Part shown: in pieces, positions 25,701-36,539 of the stretch
Position numbering within the stretch: the first letter of the stretch is position 1
Layout of the letters: every line of letters starts with the position of its first letter
Source: Chara braunii
Lineage: Eukaryota > Plantae > Charophyceae
Assembly (NCBI GenBank): GCA_003427395.1
Contig: BFEA01000032.1
Location: forward strand, 1,591,019 to 1,652,785
Length of the DNA: 61,767 nucleotides
Reading direction: 5' to 3'
Translations under genes and position numbers: made by a program
Notes under the pieces: generated by a model
Seen by the model: only the letters and a program-made list of their open reading frames with translations
What the model was told of the DNA's origin: nothing
Database searches by the model: none

Positions 25701-26635
25701 AGCTCTGCAACGACTGGCGTCGAGATCTGATCCGGAACTTAGACCCCACGTGCGTTCCCTCGCCCTTCCACTCTAAAAGACGGCCCGTCGCCCGCGCAAA
25801 AGTTTAGTGATACTTTTTGGATTGAATGGATGTTTGAAAATTGCGCGCGTTCGCTTCCTCCTTCCACGTCACTGACCCGTTCTCGCAAAACCGAAACCAC
25901 GCGGGGGAGTTCAATTCCGTTTGAGTCCTCACACTAAAATTCCCAAAAATCCTTGGCATACCCCATTCTGCTGTCTTTCAGGGCCTACTTTGCAGATTAA
26001 TCACTCCGACCGGAAGGCAGCACAAGGCGTGAGGTTGAACGTCACAGCACCGCGGTCAGCACTGCTGTCACGTGGAAGTGAGGGAAGAGCATCGGTGAAC
26101 TACCACTGGTGGCGCGGTACCCGGCCCGTTTTCGCCCTTTCCAACACAACGAAATCACTTGAGTTCCCAAGAATCCAAGATAGTGTGTGATATTTGTAGG
26201 GCATGCTCCCGCTTGAACGTTTTCGACTGGGCTTTGGCCGTAATTGCTGTCAGAGGCATCCCTGTTCGGCATTACTTCAGGCCAGATGCAACCAGCGACC
26301 TCTGGGTGCTAGTATGCCTTCAGTACCTTCTCTCAATTTCACCTCGCACTACCTACCTACCACTACACTCCTAATTGTAGGCATACGGGGAACCCCGTAG
26401 CAGCGAGAACCGTGTTCACTAGAGAACATGGGGGGGCTGCTCCCGACCTGCAGGTGGGTGATACTGGCTAGGGGACAGCCGGTGGCATCAGGGATCATGC
26501 CAACAGGACCAATCCCTGTGCCTCCCCTCAGGTCCCCTCCCCTACGAACATCAGCAGACTCTGCTCAATGCCAACCGGGGGATCCAGTGGTCTATCTCTA
26601 GGTGGCGGGCGCCAAGCATGCCCAGGAAGGTACAC

Positions 26636-26707
26636 ATGACCAATGGGGCTTGAACCTATGACCTTCTGAATGCCACTTGCGAGCCTTACCAACTGAGTTA
26701 GGCCGCT
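26636..26707 (-). mobile_element. tRNA-derived SINE head / pseudo-tRNA
   Basis: Box A TAACTCAGTTGG and box B GGTTCAAGCCC at tRNA spacing. The anticodon stem does not pair. The body may extend to about 26350. Confidence 0.6.
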
Positions 26708-27603
26708 GGATTACCTTTTTTCTTACTGTCAGGCGCTCGGGCGGCCTGGTTTCTTCACTTCGATTGATTTTGGGTTGGATATATAATATAATATAATATG
26801 ATTCATGACGCGCAGTGTTGGAGCAAGAAGACCAATGGGGAGCTCCGGCGCACGTAGTACCTTTGCATTCCGCGCTGAGAGGCACCCACCGAAAGCCACG
26901 TTGGCGCGCACTGTTTTTTTTTCTTTGCTTTGTCCCTGCCACTTTTATTATGCATTTTCGCTCGTTTCCTCCAGCCCATCAGGTTTTTTCGTTGGTTTTC
27001 GTCTCTCCGACCAATACGAATGCGCCGTTCGCGACGCTGAAAGCTGGGCTTCCTGTCCGCTTTCTCTTTTCGATTCTTTTCGTTTGTCAAGCGCTGTCAA
27101 GCGCGCGAGGGCGCGCTCTGCTGTCTAGGTGAAAAAAAAACCCTTCACCCTCGGTAACCTCGGCGCTTCACCGTCGGGGACCTCCCGGCTCCCGGCTCTC
27201 TCTCGTGCACGCCTCTCTCCGTTGCCTCAGTGATTGAATCGACGATGCTCAACTTCGCTCGCCCATCTGGTATTTATCGATCTGGGACAAACGTTTGTAT
27301 ATCGTGATGCGATTTTTCTTCTTTCCATTTGTTCGCCTGCTGGTTCTGCTCCGCTGTGGGCCGTGCCCTCTTCAGAACAAAGGTCGTGTATGAACGAACG
27401 GGAGGGGGCCAGGGGTGCAGAGGCGGGAGGAGGCTGGTCGTTTGCCACGAAGGTACTTAGCGGAACGTGACGACAATTTTGAGTTGCTTGCTCGTTGGTC
27501 GTAGTAGAGCGTCAGCCGGAGTATCCCTTCTCAGATCTGTGTTTTGTCTCTCCTACGTAGGTCTTCGTCTTCTCTCTCCTGTTCATCGCCATATCCGTGC
27601 GAG

Positions 27604-29364
27604 ATGAAGGTCTCTGTAAAGCCGTTTCTACTGCTGTTGATCGGCTTGTTGTGTCTCTCTCACCCTCTACATCGGCTCGCGCGAGCCGACGATGACGGCC
27701 AGTGTGGCGTGTCTCCAGATGGAGGGTGCGCTGCATCTGGGGGCGCCAAGGACGCAGAAGTACCGAAGGGTGACGATGAGGGGGCCAAGGATGTCGAGGA
27801 AGGCCTGGAGGATGAAGAGTGGGGTGTTTACGTAACCGACGCGGAGGATCCTCCTTATGTGGACGATAAACCCGCCGCCGCCGCCGATGCGGAAGAAGAG
27901 GAGAAGGAGGTTGAGGACGAGGGTCCGACCGATGTCGTCGCCCTGGACTCGACCACGTACGCGGAGACGGTGAAGTCCAAGGAGTTCATCATGGTGGAAT
28001 TCTACGCTCCGTGGTGCGGGCACTGCAAGAAGCTTCAGCCCGAGTATAAGGTCGCGGCTTCTAAGATAAAGGCGATTTACGGAGATAGGGTGACGCTGGC
28101 GAAGGTTGATGCCTCTGTTGAGAAGGATCTCTCCTCCGAGAACGAGGTGTCGGGTCTGCCGACCATATTCTGGTACGAGAAAGGCGAGAAGATCGCGACC
28201 TACTCAGGTGGACGGACAGCGGATGGCATCGTGATCTGGATTAAGAAGAAGTTGGGAGATTCCGTTGACGTCATCGCCACCAAGGACGCCGCCGAGGAGT
28301 ACATGTCTCAGAACCCGCGATTTGCAATCGGATATTTCGATAGCCTCAGCGGCCCCGAGTGGGAGGCATTCCAGGAGGCCGGGAAGCTGGATGATAGCAA
28401 CAATTTTGTCGTGACGACCTCCGCTGACGTGGCCGCTGTATTTGGCGTCGCAGTTAAAGCTCCGGCTGTTGTGTTTGTGAAGGAAGGTGACGCTGGTAAG
28501 TTCAATCTCTACGAGGGAGATGAGTTCACAGCGGCGGCGATCAAGAAATTCGTGGTTGGCAACAATTACGAGCTGTACTACAAATTCCAGGAGGCCAATG
28601 TGCAGAAGATCTTCCAGAGTGGAATTCAGAGGCAGTTGCTTTTCTTCCTGACCGCGGCCCAGGAGGAGGAATACCTGCCTTTGTTCAAGAAGGCGGCGAA
28701 ATCCGTGCTGGGAGAGGTTGTCTTCGTGCACGTCGACGTCGACCATTCCGAGTCGGCAAGTGTGTTGAATTACTTCGGCGTTCAGGGCAAAGAACCGCGG
28801 GTGGTCGGTTTCTCCACTTTCGATCGGAAGTCAAAGACCCACGCTTTCGACAAGGAAATTGTGTATGAGAACGTCCTTTCGTTCGCTAAGGACTTCGCCG
28901 CCGGGAAAGTTCCTCACATCCCTCTGTCTGAGAGGATTCCCGAGGGTCCTAATGACGGCCCAGTGAAGGTGGTCGTCGGAAAGACTTTCGATCAGATCGT
29001 GCTCGACTCATCCAAGGATGTTTTCCTCTTCGTGTACAAATCCGCAGACTGCGAACGCTGTGACGATTTCTCCCCTGTCATTGATAAACTCGGAAGTAGG
29101 TTCAAGGCGGTTGACAGTGTTGTCATTGCGAAGATTGACGGAGTGGCCAACGAGCTCGCTCGGATTGATAGCTCGAAAGATCACCCTCTTTTGCTTCTGT
29201 TTAAAGCAGGTGATAAGTCTGCTGATCCTGTCGCTTATGAGGGCGAGAGTAATATCACTGCTCTGACCAAGTTCCTCAAGGACAACGTCGCGATCCCTTT
29301 CAGATTGGCGAAGAAGGAAAAGGCGCCGGAGCCGGCGGAGGGCGAAGCGAAAGATGAGTTGTAG
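27604..29364 (+). CDS. PDI: ER protein disulfide isomerase (acidic N-terminus, a-b-b'-a'), 586 aa, no introns in the CDS
   Basis: First ATG at 27604 starts a signal peptide (MKVSVKPFLLLLIGLLCL). Acidic tract, VEFYAPWCGHCK, GPVKVVVGKTFDQIVLDSSKDVFL, second site DCERC, and C-terminal KDEL. Confidence 0.97.
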   Translation: MKVSVKPFLLLLIGLLCLSHPLHRLARADDDGQCGVSPDGGCAASGGAKDAEVPKGDDEGAKDVEEGLEDEEWGVYVTDAEDPPYVDDKPAAAADAEEEEKEVEDEGPTDVVALDSTTYAETVKSKEFIMVEFYAPWCGHCKKLQPEYKVAASKIKAIYGDRVTLAKVDASVEKDLSSENEVSGLPTIFWYEKGEKIATYSGGRTADGIVIWIKKKLGDSVDVIATKDAAEEYMSQNPRFAIGYFDSLSGPEWEAFQEAGKLDDSNNFVVTTSADVAAVFGVAVKAPAVVFVKEGDAGKFNLYEGDEFTAAAIKKFVVGNNYELYYKFQEANVQKIFQSGIQRQLLFFLTAAQEEEYLPLFKKAAKSVLGEVVFVHVDVDHSESASVLNYFGVQGKEPRVVGFSTFDRKSKTHAFDKEIVYENVLSFAKDFAAGKVPHIPLSERIPEGPNDGPVKVVVGKTFDQIVLDSSKDVFLFVYKSADCERCDDFSPVIDKLGSRFKAVDSVVIAKIDGVANELARIDSSKDHPLLLLFKAGDKSADPVAYEGESNITALTKFLKDNVAIPFRLAKKEKAPEPAEGEAKDEL

Positions 29365-30178
29365 AGGTTCAAATTTGCTTTTAGCAACTGGTTTTGTAGT
29401 TTTCGAAGTTTTTTTTGTTTGCCGAAGTCTTGGCCTCGGTTTTGGGTTTTTAACTGTCTATTCTGAGTTGTTAGGTAGGTAACTCTCCGCCTTTCTGCCC
29501 TTCTGTTCTCTGTGATTTTAGTCCGTTCATTCATCATTCCCCCCTCCCCCTCCGTCCCTCCCCCTCCCTCCCTCCCCCTCCCTTCCCCTCCCAGCCCAAG
29601 TTTCTCTTCCTTAGCGGCTCGCCCTCTTGTGGGTTCGATGACATCTCACGCAGTTCTATTGCCGTGAGTTTTCCGCTTGGATTTGCGCTTCGAGATGTGG
29701 ACGAATGTTGTGGCGAGAGAAACAGAATCGATCGAGGCGCGATCAGTTCGTCTGTACGTTTATTTTTCTTCCCTCGAGTGGAAGTAAGCCATTGAGTTTA
29801 GTATTCGATACGCTGAGTGCATGCGGTGGCCATGTAATACGATGGCTTGTCTGATGGAAATGCTTGACGTCCATTTTTCGTCCCTTTTCTGCTGTTGGAA
29901 TGTCATCTGTGTGGAAATGACGCCGTTGAAATAGTCATTAGCACAGTGTTTCCCTCCCCCTGCCCTTCCGTGTTTGCAGTGGTGTTATTCGTCGATGTTT
30001 GTGGAATCGGCTTCATTGTCAGATTTCTGCGTCATGTGCCTTCATGTACCTATTCTGTCCCTCTACCTACGAAGCGTACTCTTCTCCCCGGTCGAGTCCC
30101 CATGCTTCCCTCCCAATCTTCCGCCCGGCTCTATATGTGTTGTCGCGTGTTCGCTATCTGTGCGCGTCTGCGTGTGTG

Positions 30179-30222
<44 letters not shown>

Positions 30223-30251
30223 CAACTCCACCAAACAAGCATCACTGTGCC

Positions 30252-30312
30252 AGACTGTTTCGTCGGACTTTTACCGACTCATCAGGAGGCTGAACCCCGA
30301 CTATGACAGTCT
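30252..30312 (-). ncRNA. Type III hammerhead ribozyme motif with intact core
   Basis: Minus strand: AGACTGTC-ATAGTC-GGGG-TTCAG-CCTC-CTGATGA-GTCGG-TAAAAGT-CCGAC-GAAAC-AGTCT. Canonical CUGAUGA and GAAA boxes, perfect stem II, 7-bp stem III, and 6 extra nt at the GUC site. Confidence 0.8.
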
Positions 30313-31244
30313 TCCCAAAATGCATTTCGCCGGTGGATTCACCACGTTGCCCAGAGTTAGTGATAGCCCTGGGAAAAGTTGTGGACTTTACTTTCACCAA
30401 CCCTTGGGGCTCGCGCGCGCACGCGCGTGTGTGTGTGTGTGTGTGTGTGTGCGCTTGCATTTTGAACGTTTCTCGTCTGTATCCTCAGCACTTGTTCAAT
30501 GACTGCTCCCTTTTTCTGCACTCTCTTGGGCCTGGTGGATTTCTCTATGTTTGTATGGATATTCGCTTGAATCTTTTCCTCAAGGTATACTTGGGGAGCT
30601 TTCTAGTGGACGGGTGGGGTTTCCGTGTCTACTCCGTCTACCCGGGGCTTCCTTGAGCTCTCTATTTACCAGGGCACTCCCGGGGAGTGCCAAAATCTCT
30701 GGACTTTTTTCTTTTCCGAGGATCTCATGAAAATTGCCCTGGCAGTGGAAGAGAAACCAGCTATAGCAGCAGACAAGCAAGTCGACTGCTCAAGTTGGTC
30801 ATTGCCATCAAGAGATGTTTTATCGTTAGTTAACAACCTTGAGACTGCGGCATCTCTTGCGCGTGTAACTTTGTGGCGATTTCCTGTTCCCCGTCAATAT
30901 CCCGCGATCGGTGCAGCAGGCTGGCTGTATGGCACGTGATTTCGTCGCTTCCCTCGATATCCACTTCGCCTATCTTTCTATCCACCTTCATCAAAGTTTA
31001 CCATCTATTAATCATTGTAATTGTCATCATATCTGAATGATATCCCTACTTTCTGGTCCTCGAAAGCGCCTTGCCGTTCGATTTGATAGGTCGCGTGGTG
31101 GAATCCCAGAATCCAAGGGGGTTTTGACGAAGGGAATGTAGTCGGCTCGTGAGAGAATGATCTATGGGACTGTAAACTTGCCTCTATTGTTCTCTCCGGT
31201 ATAGTGAGCGTCTGGAAATTTTCCTTCTTGGGGAAACTTCGCGG

Positions 31245-31409
31245 GAGTCACGAAAGCGAGTTATAGTTGCACTATGGGGCAAGATATAGTTTGGAATTAC
31301 AGTTCGGGCAATGTATACAACCCAGCTTTGTGGCCAGGTAGGGTGCCCGAAGTGCAATTGCAAACTGTATCTTGCCCCATAGTGCAATTATAACTTGTTT
31401 TTATGACTC
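31245..31409 (+). repeat. Long inverted repeat (about 66-bp arms, 33-nt loop)
   Basis: GAGTCACGAAAGCGAGTTATAGTTGCACTATGGGGCAAGAT...TTCGGGCA pairs with TGCCCGAA...ATCTTGCCCCATAGTGCAATTATAAC...TGACTC. Confidence 0.9.
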
Positions 31410-31429
31410 TGCTGAAGGTTTTTATCCCT

Positions 31430-32140
31430 TTGTTGTTTTAAGGTTTTCACTGTGTGATTTTAGGTTATGATTCCGGAATAGTGAGTTCTCCATCGTCAAG
31501 GCCAAGTCTGACTGTGATTACTTGGTGGATAAAAGCAGTTGAATTCACAGCCAGACAACTTCTAGAGGTCGTCTGGAAATCTTTTGTTGTGTTACGGTTT
31601 TCAGTGTGATTTTAGGGTAGAATGCCGATTCTGACGGTGATTATCTGGTGGAAATCACAGTCGAAATTGCTAACCGAATATCACACCGATTCATCATAGC
31701 AACAGCGCATGATGTATAGGACAAGGCCAATTCTCATTGTGATTACCTGGTGGATAAAAGCAGTTGAATTCGCAGCAAGACGACTTCTACCTGTCGTCGA
31801 CATTGCTAAGCCGGAAGTCACACCGATTCATAGCAAACAGGGCATGATGTATAGAACTGCAAACTTACGCCTATTGTTCCCTCCGTAACAGAGGTCGATA
31901 GCAGCAGGGCAAGATGTAAAGGGTATAGGAATGTAAAATTTACGTCTATTGTTCTCTCTGGTACAGAGGTTGTCTCGAAATCTTTTCTTGTGTTACGGTC
32001 TTCACTGTGTGATTTTAGGGTAGAGTGAGTGCCGAAGTAATGACTCGGAGCCCTCCCTCCCCACCGCCAAGGCCAATTGCGACTGTGATTTCCTGGTGGA
32101 TTAAAGCACTTGAACTCACAGCGAGACAGACTTCCTGTTG
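31430..32140. repeat. Degenerate tandem repeats, 3-4 copies
   Basis: Recurrent TCA(C)TGTGTGATTTTAGG and GTGATTACCTGGTGGATAAAAGCAGTTGAATTCACAGC blocks. Confidence 0.75.
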
Positions 32141-32879
32141 CGATGAATGAATCGGTGTGATGTGCGCTTAGCAATGTCGAGGACAGGTAGACGTTGTCTG
32201 CTATTGAAAAATGAAAAAGACAGCTGCTCCCCACCAATAGATGGATATTCCCCGACAATGCTAGTGGGCCCTGCTCTTATCAGCACCCCCAGCGTTAGCT
32301 CGGGTTGTTCTCTTTAACAAAAAAAAAAAAAAAAAAAAAGACTGACATTGCGTAGCTGCACAGCTACGTCGGTGAGTGAATGGGAATCGAACGAGTTAGC
32401 ACAATCAGGAGATGGAGGATTCGGAGTGTTTTTTTTTTTTTTTTTTCCCCGAAGGGGCCATGCTAAATTCTTCTTTCTCTGTATCCTTCCAATATTAACG
32501 GATCTCCCAAGGTAGCTTTTTTTTCTTTGATTCGGAGGTTACCAGTGTCAGGGGATGGGAGATCAGAAGGGAAATCGGATTGATTAGGGTTCCAACGAGA
32601 GACCTGGCGCTGTCCTTGTCTTATCTGGTCCAGGGATTCATTTCGGAAGACGACACAAGAGCGCATAATATTTGAAAAATCGCTACGGTTTCCTTTTTTG
32701 GGAAGACAAATCACAGCTTATTAGAATCGATTTCGCCTTTCCCGCTGTTCTATGCCCGTGACCGTGCCTCCATTCCTAATAGTGTTTTGAACATCCATCC
32801 GCCGGGGAAAAAAAAAAAAAGAGGCTAAAAAGAAAATTTTCTGGCCGCCCTGCGTTGGTTCTTCTGAACTCGATCTAAA

Positions 32880-32915
<36 letters not shown>

Positions 32916-34763
32916 GACAGGCTGCTCCATCTATTTGTGGGGGGCGTCACCTGCTGGAAACCGGGTCCAGCGTCCCATAGGGCCACAGATACATCTTTTT
33001 TGAAACCTTAATTAAGCTTCTATCATGACAATTACACAGTCGTACACTTGTCCCACGTAGTCCTATGTTTGGCCGTCACATTTGATTTGGGTAGGTGGGT
33101 GTAGCAGATATGAAGCCCACAAGCCTAGGGCATTTCCCTTTTTTTTCTTCCCCTCTTTAAATTAAATCCGTTGCTTAGGTACTTGCAATATATGTAGTCA
33201 CAGAGAACTTCCTCTTGAAAATATACGTATTCAACGTGAAAGTAGCGACATCCCATTGCGGCCAGGTCACCTAGCCGAGTTGGTGATGGGGGGGTGATGG
33301 TCCTGGGTTGTCCACACTATGGTAGGACAAAGGGGGTGGGGGTGTGCCGGGGTAATTGATCAGAGGAAGGGCGAAAAATAAGAAAAAAAAACATCCCCTG
33401 GCCGCGGTGCATTTAGAAGTTAGGCAAAGCAGTCTCCTTTTTATTGTCAGGGACTGCGACACACTACTCTCATTGAAGCTATGTCTGATTTCCCGTACTA
33501 CTCTCATTTAGGCTGTCTGATTTCCCGCACTACGCTCATTTAGGCTATGCCTCATTTGCCATTTCAAGCAGCAGTCTTGTTTAGGTTGTCAGCGATCATG
33601 CTGCATGTTTTTATTTAGGTTGTCTGATAACCTGCTTGGTGTTAGGGCCTGGTTCGAATTCGAGGGTTGAAGGAAAATTCTTCGTTCCACCCCTCCCTCC
33701 CTAATGACACCGCCGTAATGTTTTCAATTTCCTGCTCTCAAGTGTGCATCTTTGAAACTCAAGCTGGGGCAAAATCGCACTTGAACTCAAGGTACCTCCC
33801 CAAGGTACCTACCTCCCTTAGCACTTTGACTGGGGCTTTTTTTTATTGTTCTTTTTTTCCAGCAGGCATTCTGGTCCAGGATTGGTCAAGCCGTGGGTTT
33901 CTGTTTCAAGCGCAGCTTGTTCAAGGGTTTCCTCAAGTGCACGCGGAACCATACATGGAGTTAGTGTAAACAAATCTCAATTTCAAGTAGTGTCGAACGA
34001 GAGGCAGGCGGAGAGGGGAAAAGTACTCACTTGGCATAATGCATGACACACGGCGTGCAATTCTCGTCACATGATGAGTAGCTTGCAGTTTGAAACTGCA
34101 ACTTATGAATCTGTTCTGCCTTGGCATACCAAAGAGGCTCTTTTTTGGGGGGACTGTCAACCATGCCTTATTCCGAAGGGGAACTCCATTGGCTAGTATG
34201 ATGAGAGTCTCAATCTCATGGTTTATAGATTGTGTGTGTTGATTATTTCTGGTACAAAGAATACTTTAGGAACGCAATGGGTGCTGAGTATTTCTGGTAC
34301 AAAGAAAACTTTAGGATGTGCTCACATGTACCACCCCAATCCCAATCCTTTGGGAGACAGATGCCACTCTGGGGCACTCTCACATGCAGTCTTCATCAGG
34401 CGTCTTTTCATCCGAACGCGATGAATCTGATGAAAGGACCCTCTTCTCCTGCCTGCAACTATTATGCCCAGGGCCACTCCATTTTCCACGTGGTGCACAG
34501 CACAGTCTTAGATCAGTAGAAACATCCTCTGATGTAGTGGCGGTTCAAAACCATTCCGTATGAGGTGGTTTTATTCTGTGGAAAGAGACATACTTGCATT
34601 TCCGAGTCAGAGGGTCTTAAACCACCAGTACTTGGCCCAGCTATCCAGTCCGAGCCTCGGCCGACTGGTATGCCGAGCCTTGCCGAGGCTTGAACTACCG
34701 GGCACTAGCTTCCCGTACGTGGCTGCAGAAGAACACGGAAACGAGAAGACAAAAAAAAAAAAA

Positions 34764-34794
<31 letters not shown>

Positions 34795-34874
34795 CAACGC
34801 AACGCAAAAAAGCAACGAGAGAAACACGGGATACTCTATTATAAGGAAAAAAGGAAAAACAAAAAACGGTCCCT

Positions 34875-35132
34875 CTGCTACTCTCAAAACGTGCAAAACG
34901 AGAACGAATCTTCTGCTAGAACATGGAAAGATACACTGCCATGATTTTTGTCTTCAAGATAGCAGCCGGGGGGCTGCTTGGAGCACCGCGCACAGCCTGG
35001 CGATTCTCTGTGTGTGTGTGTGTGTGTGTCTCTCTCTGTCGACGTGTGCACGGTAGATAAAATCATGGTGGTGTATCTTTCCATGTTCTAGTGAAATATT
35101 CACTCTCGTTTTGCACATTTCGAGAGTAGTGG
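34875..35132. repeat. Foldback / MITE-like inverted repeat (about 74-bp arms)
   Basis: 34875-34948 (CTACTCTC...CTAGAACATGGAAAGATACAC..CCATGATTTT) is the reverse complement of 35059-35132. Confidence 0.85.
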
Positions 35133-35137
35133 AGCCA

Positions 35138-35201
<64 letters not shown>

Positions 35202-35932
35202 TGCATGCACGCGTGCACCATAAAACACCTGCGTGGGAGGCGGGTCAAATGGCCACGAAAGACCTGCGTAGCGTCCGTCGGGGTTTTTTGGTTGAACCAA
35301 TAAATCGGACCTTCCTCAGGCAACCACTTGTCATCATCGCAAAACTCCTTGTATATAGCATGATCGAGTTATCTCCAACCAACAAAAAATTAAGCAAGTG
35401 CGGAGCAGAAACCCTTACAACGGTAATTGCTTCGGATTTTCAATGTTGTTCGACTGTTGATGAGATTTTGTTTGAATGATTGACTTGATGACAATTAGGC
35501 TTTGCCAAAGTCTATTCAAACTTGACTGACGACCGAGAGGCTAAGGCGTTTCACCTAAAGTTCTGATGCATGCGGCTTGCGAGGGCGATGGCGAGGATCG
35601 ATGGTTTGACTGGCTGCCCCCCATCAACTGTGGCCGGTGTAAATACTAAGTCTATACTTGTTAAAATTGTGAAGTCGAGCGACTCGAGGCCTAAATGACT
35701 TTAAAAGTGGCGTGTACAGTCGCGGCGTAGAAAAATGTAGATTGTCAATTTCTTTTAAGGGTCATAACATTGCCCACGTTGAGGGGTTGAGCCCACACTC
35801 AGGTGATAAAGGATATGGATCCTACCCTATCAGGTAGGATACACGTTTGATCCAAGAGTGCGGCAGCTAGTCGGTTGAGAAGCGGGGGCAGGCGGAGCCA
35901 GCCGGATCACGGGACGAGTGCCACCGGGGACA

Positions 35933-36191
35933 AACTCTTCATAAAAGAGTTGCTCCTACTAATTCCATAGTAGGAGCTAACCCAGTAGCCACCCAAAACC
36001 GAGATCGAATTTGAAGACGGTCCTGCCAGGGCTAGGTCCATTTTGGAGTAACCCAATGGGGAGTTACATGCTTGGCGTGGTTGGTTTCGATCGCGCGATT
36101 GTGAAATCATGCGACCAAAATTATCCGTGTCGCAGATTAGCATGATCCCCGCGCAAGGATGTGACATAAATTGAGAATGGTTCAAAGTTTT
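35933..36191 (+). ncRNA. Hairpin / tRNA-like / U6-like module, copy 2
   Basis: 36134-36191 reads AGATTAGCATGATCCCCGCGCAAGGATGTGACATAAATTGAGAATGGTTCAAAGTTTT, following plant U6 to its 3' U-tract. Upstream hairpins AACTCTT/AAGAGTT and GCTCCTACTA/TAGTAGGAGC. Confidence 0.78.
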
Positions 36192-36451
36192 CTTTATTCT
36201 TTTACCCAATTCGGTTCCACTAGGAATCAAACCTGAGCTTGCTTTTCGCAGGTTCGTGGTTGGGCCATGAGTGGGGGTGAATGGGGAAGTCGTTGGCATA
36301 AGCCAACGGTCTAAGGGAAAAAAAAAAAAAACCTAAGTCCAGAACGCCAATGGCACGCTTACAAGAGCCTGGGAGCTATAACTCCCAAGACGTAGGCCAG
36401 GCGCCCGTTTTCACGGGCATTAAACCGCCATTTTTAGGAATTTTTGTTTTC

Positions 36452-36510
<59 letters not shown>

Positions 36511-36539
36511 CCTTCTGTTTTTTGAGTTTTTGCCCCTCA

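Noticed and set aside
20280-25810. Exon-like fragments at 20375-21099, 23157-23900 and 25316-25807
   Set aside because: Some splice-like signals, but broken frames and no family I can recognise; not supportable without a homology search.
26636-26707. Functional tRNA gene
   Set aside because: The anticodon and acceptor stems pair poorly; kept only as a SINE head.
33700-34560. Possible LINE 3' remnant on the minus strand (ILANGVPL...W...C)
   Set aside because: Too degenerate; no convincing RT or CCHC motif.
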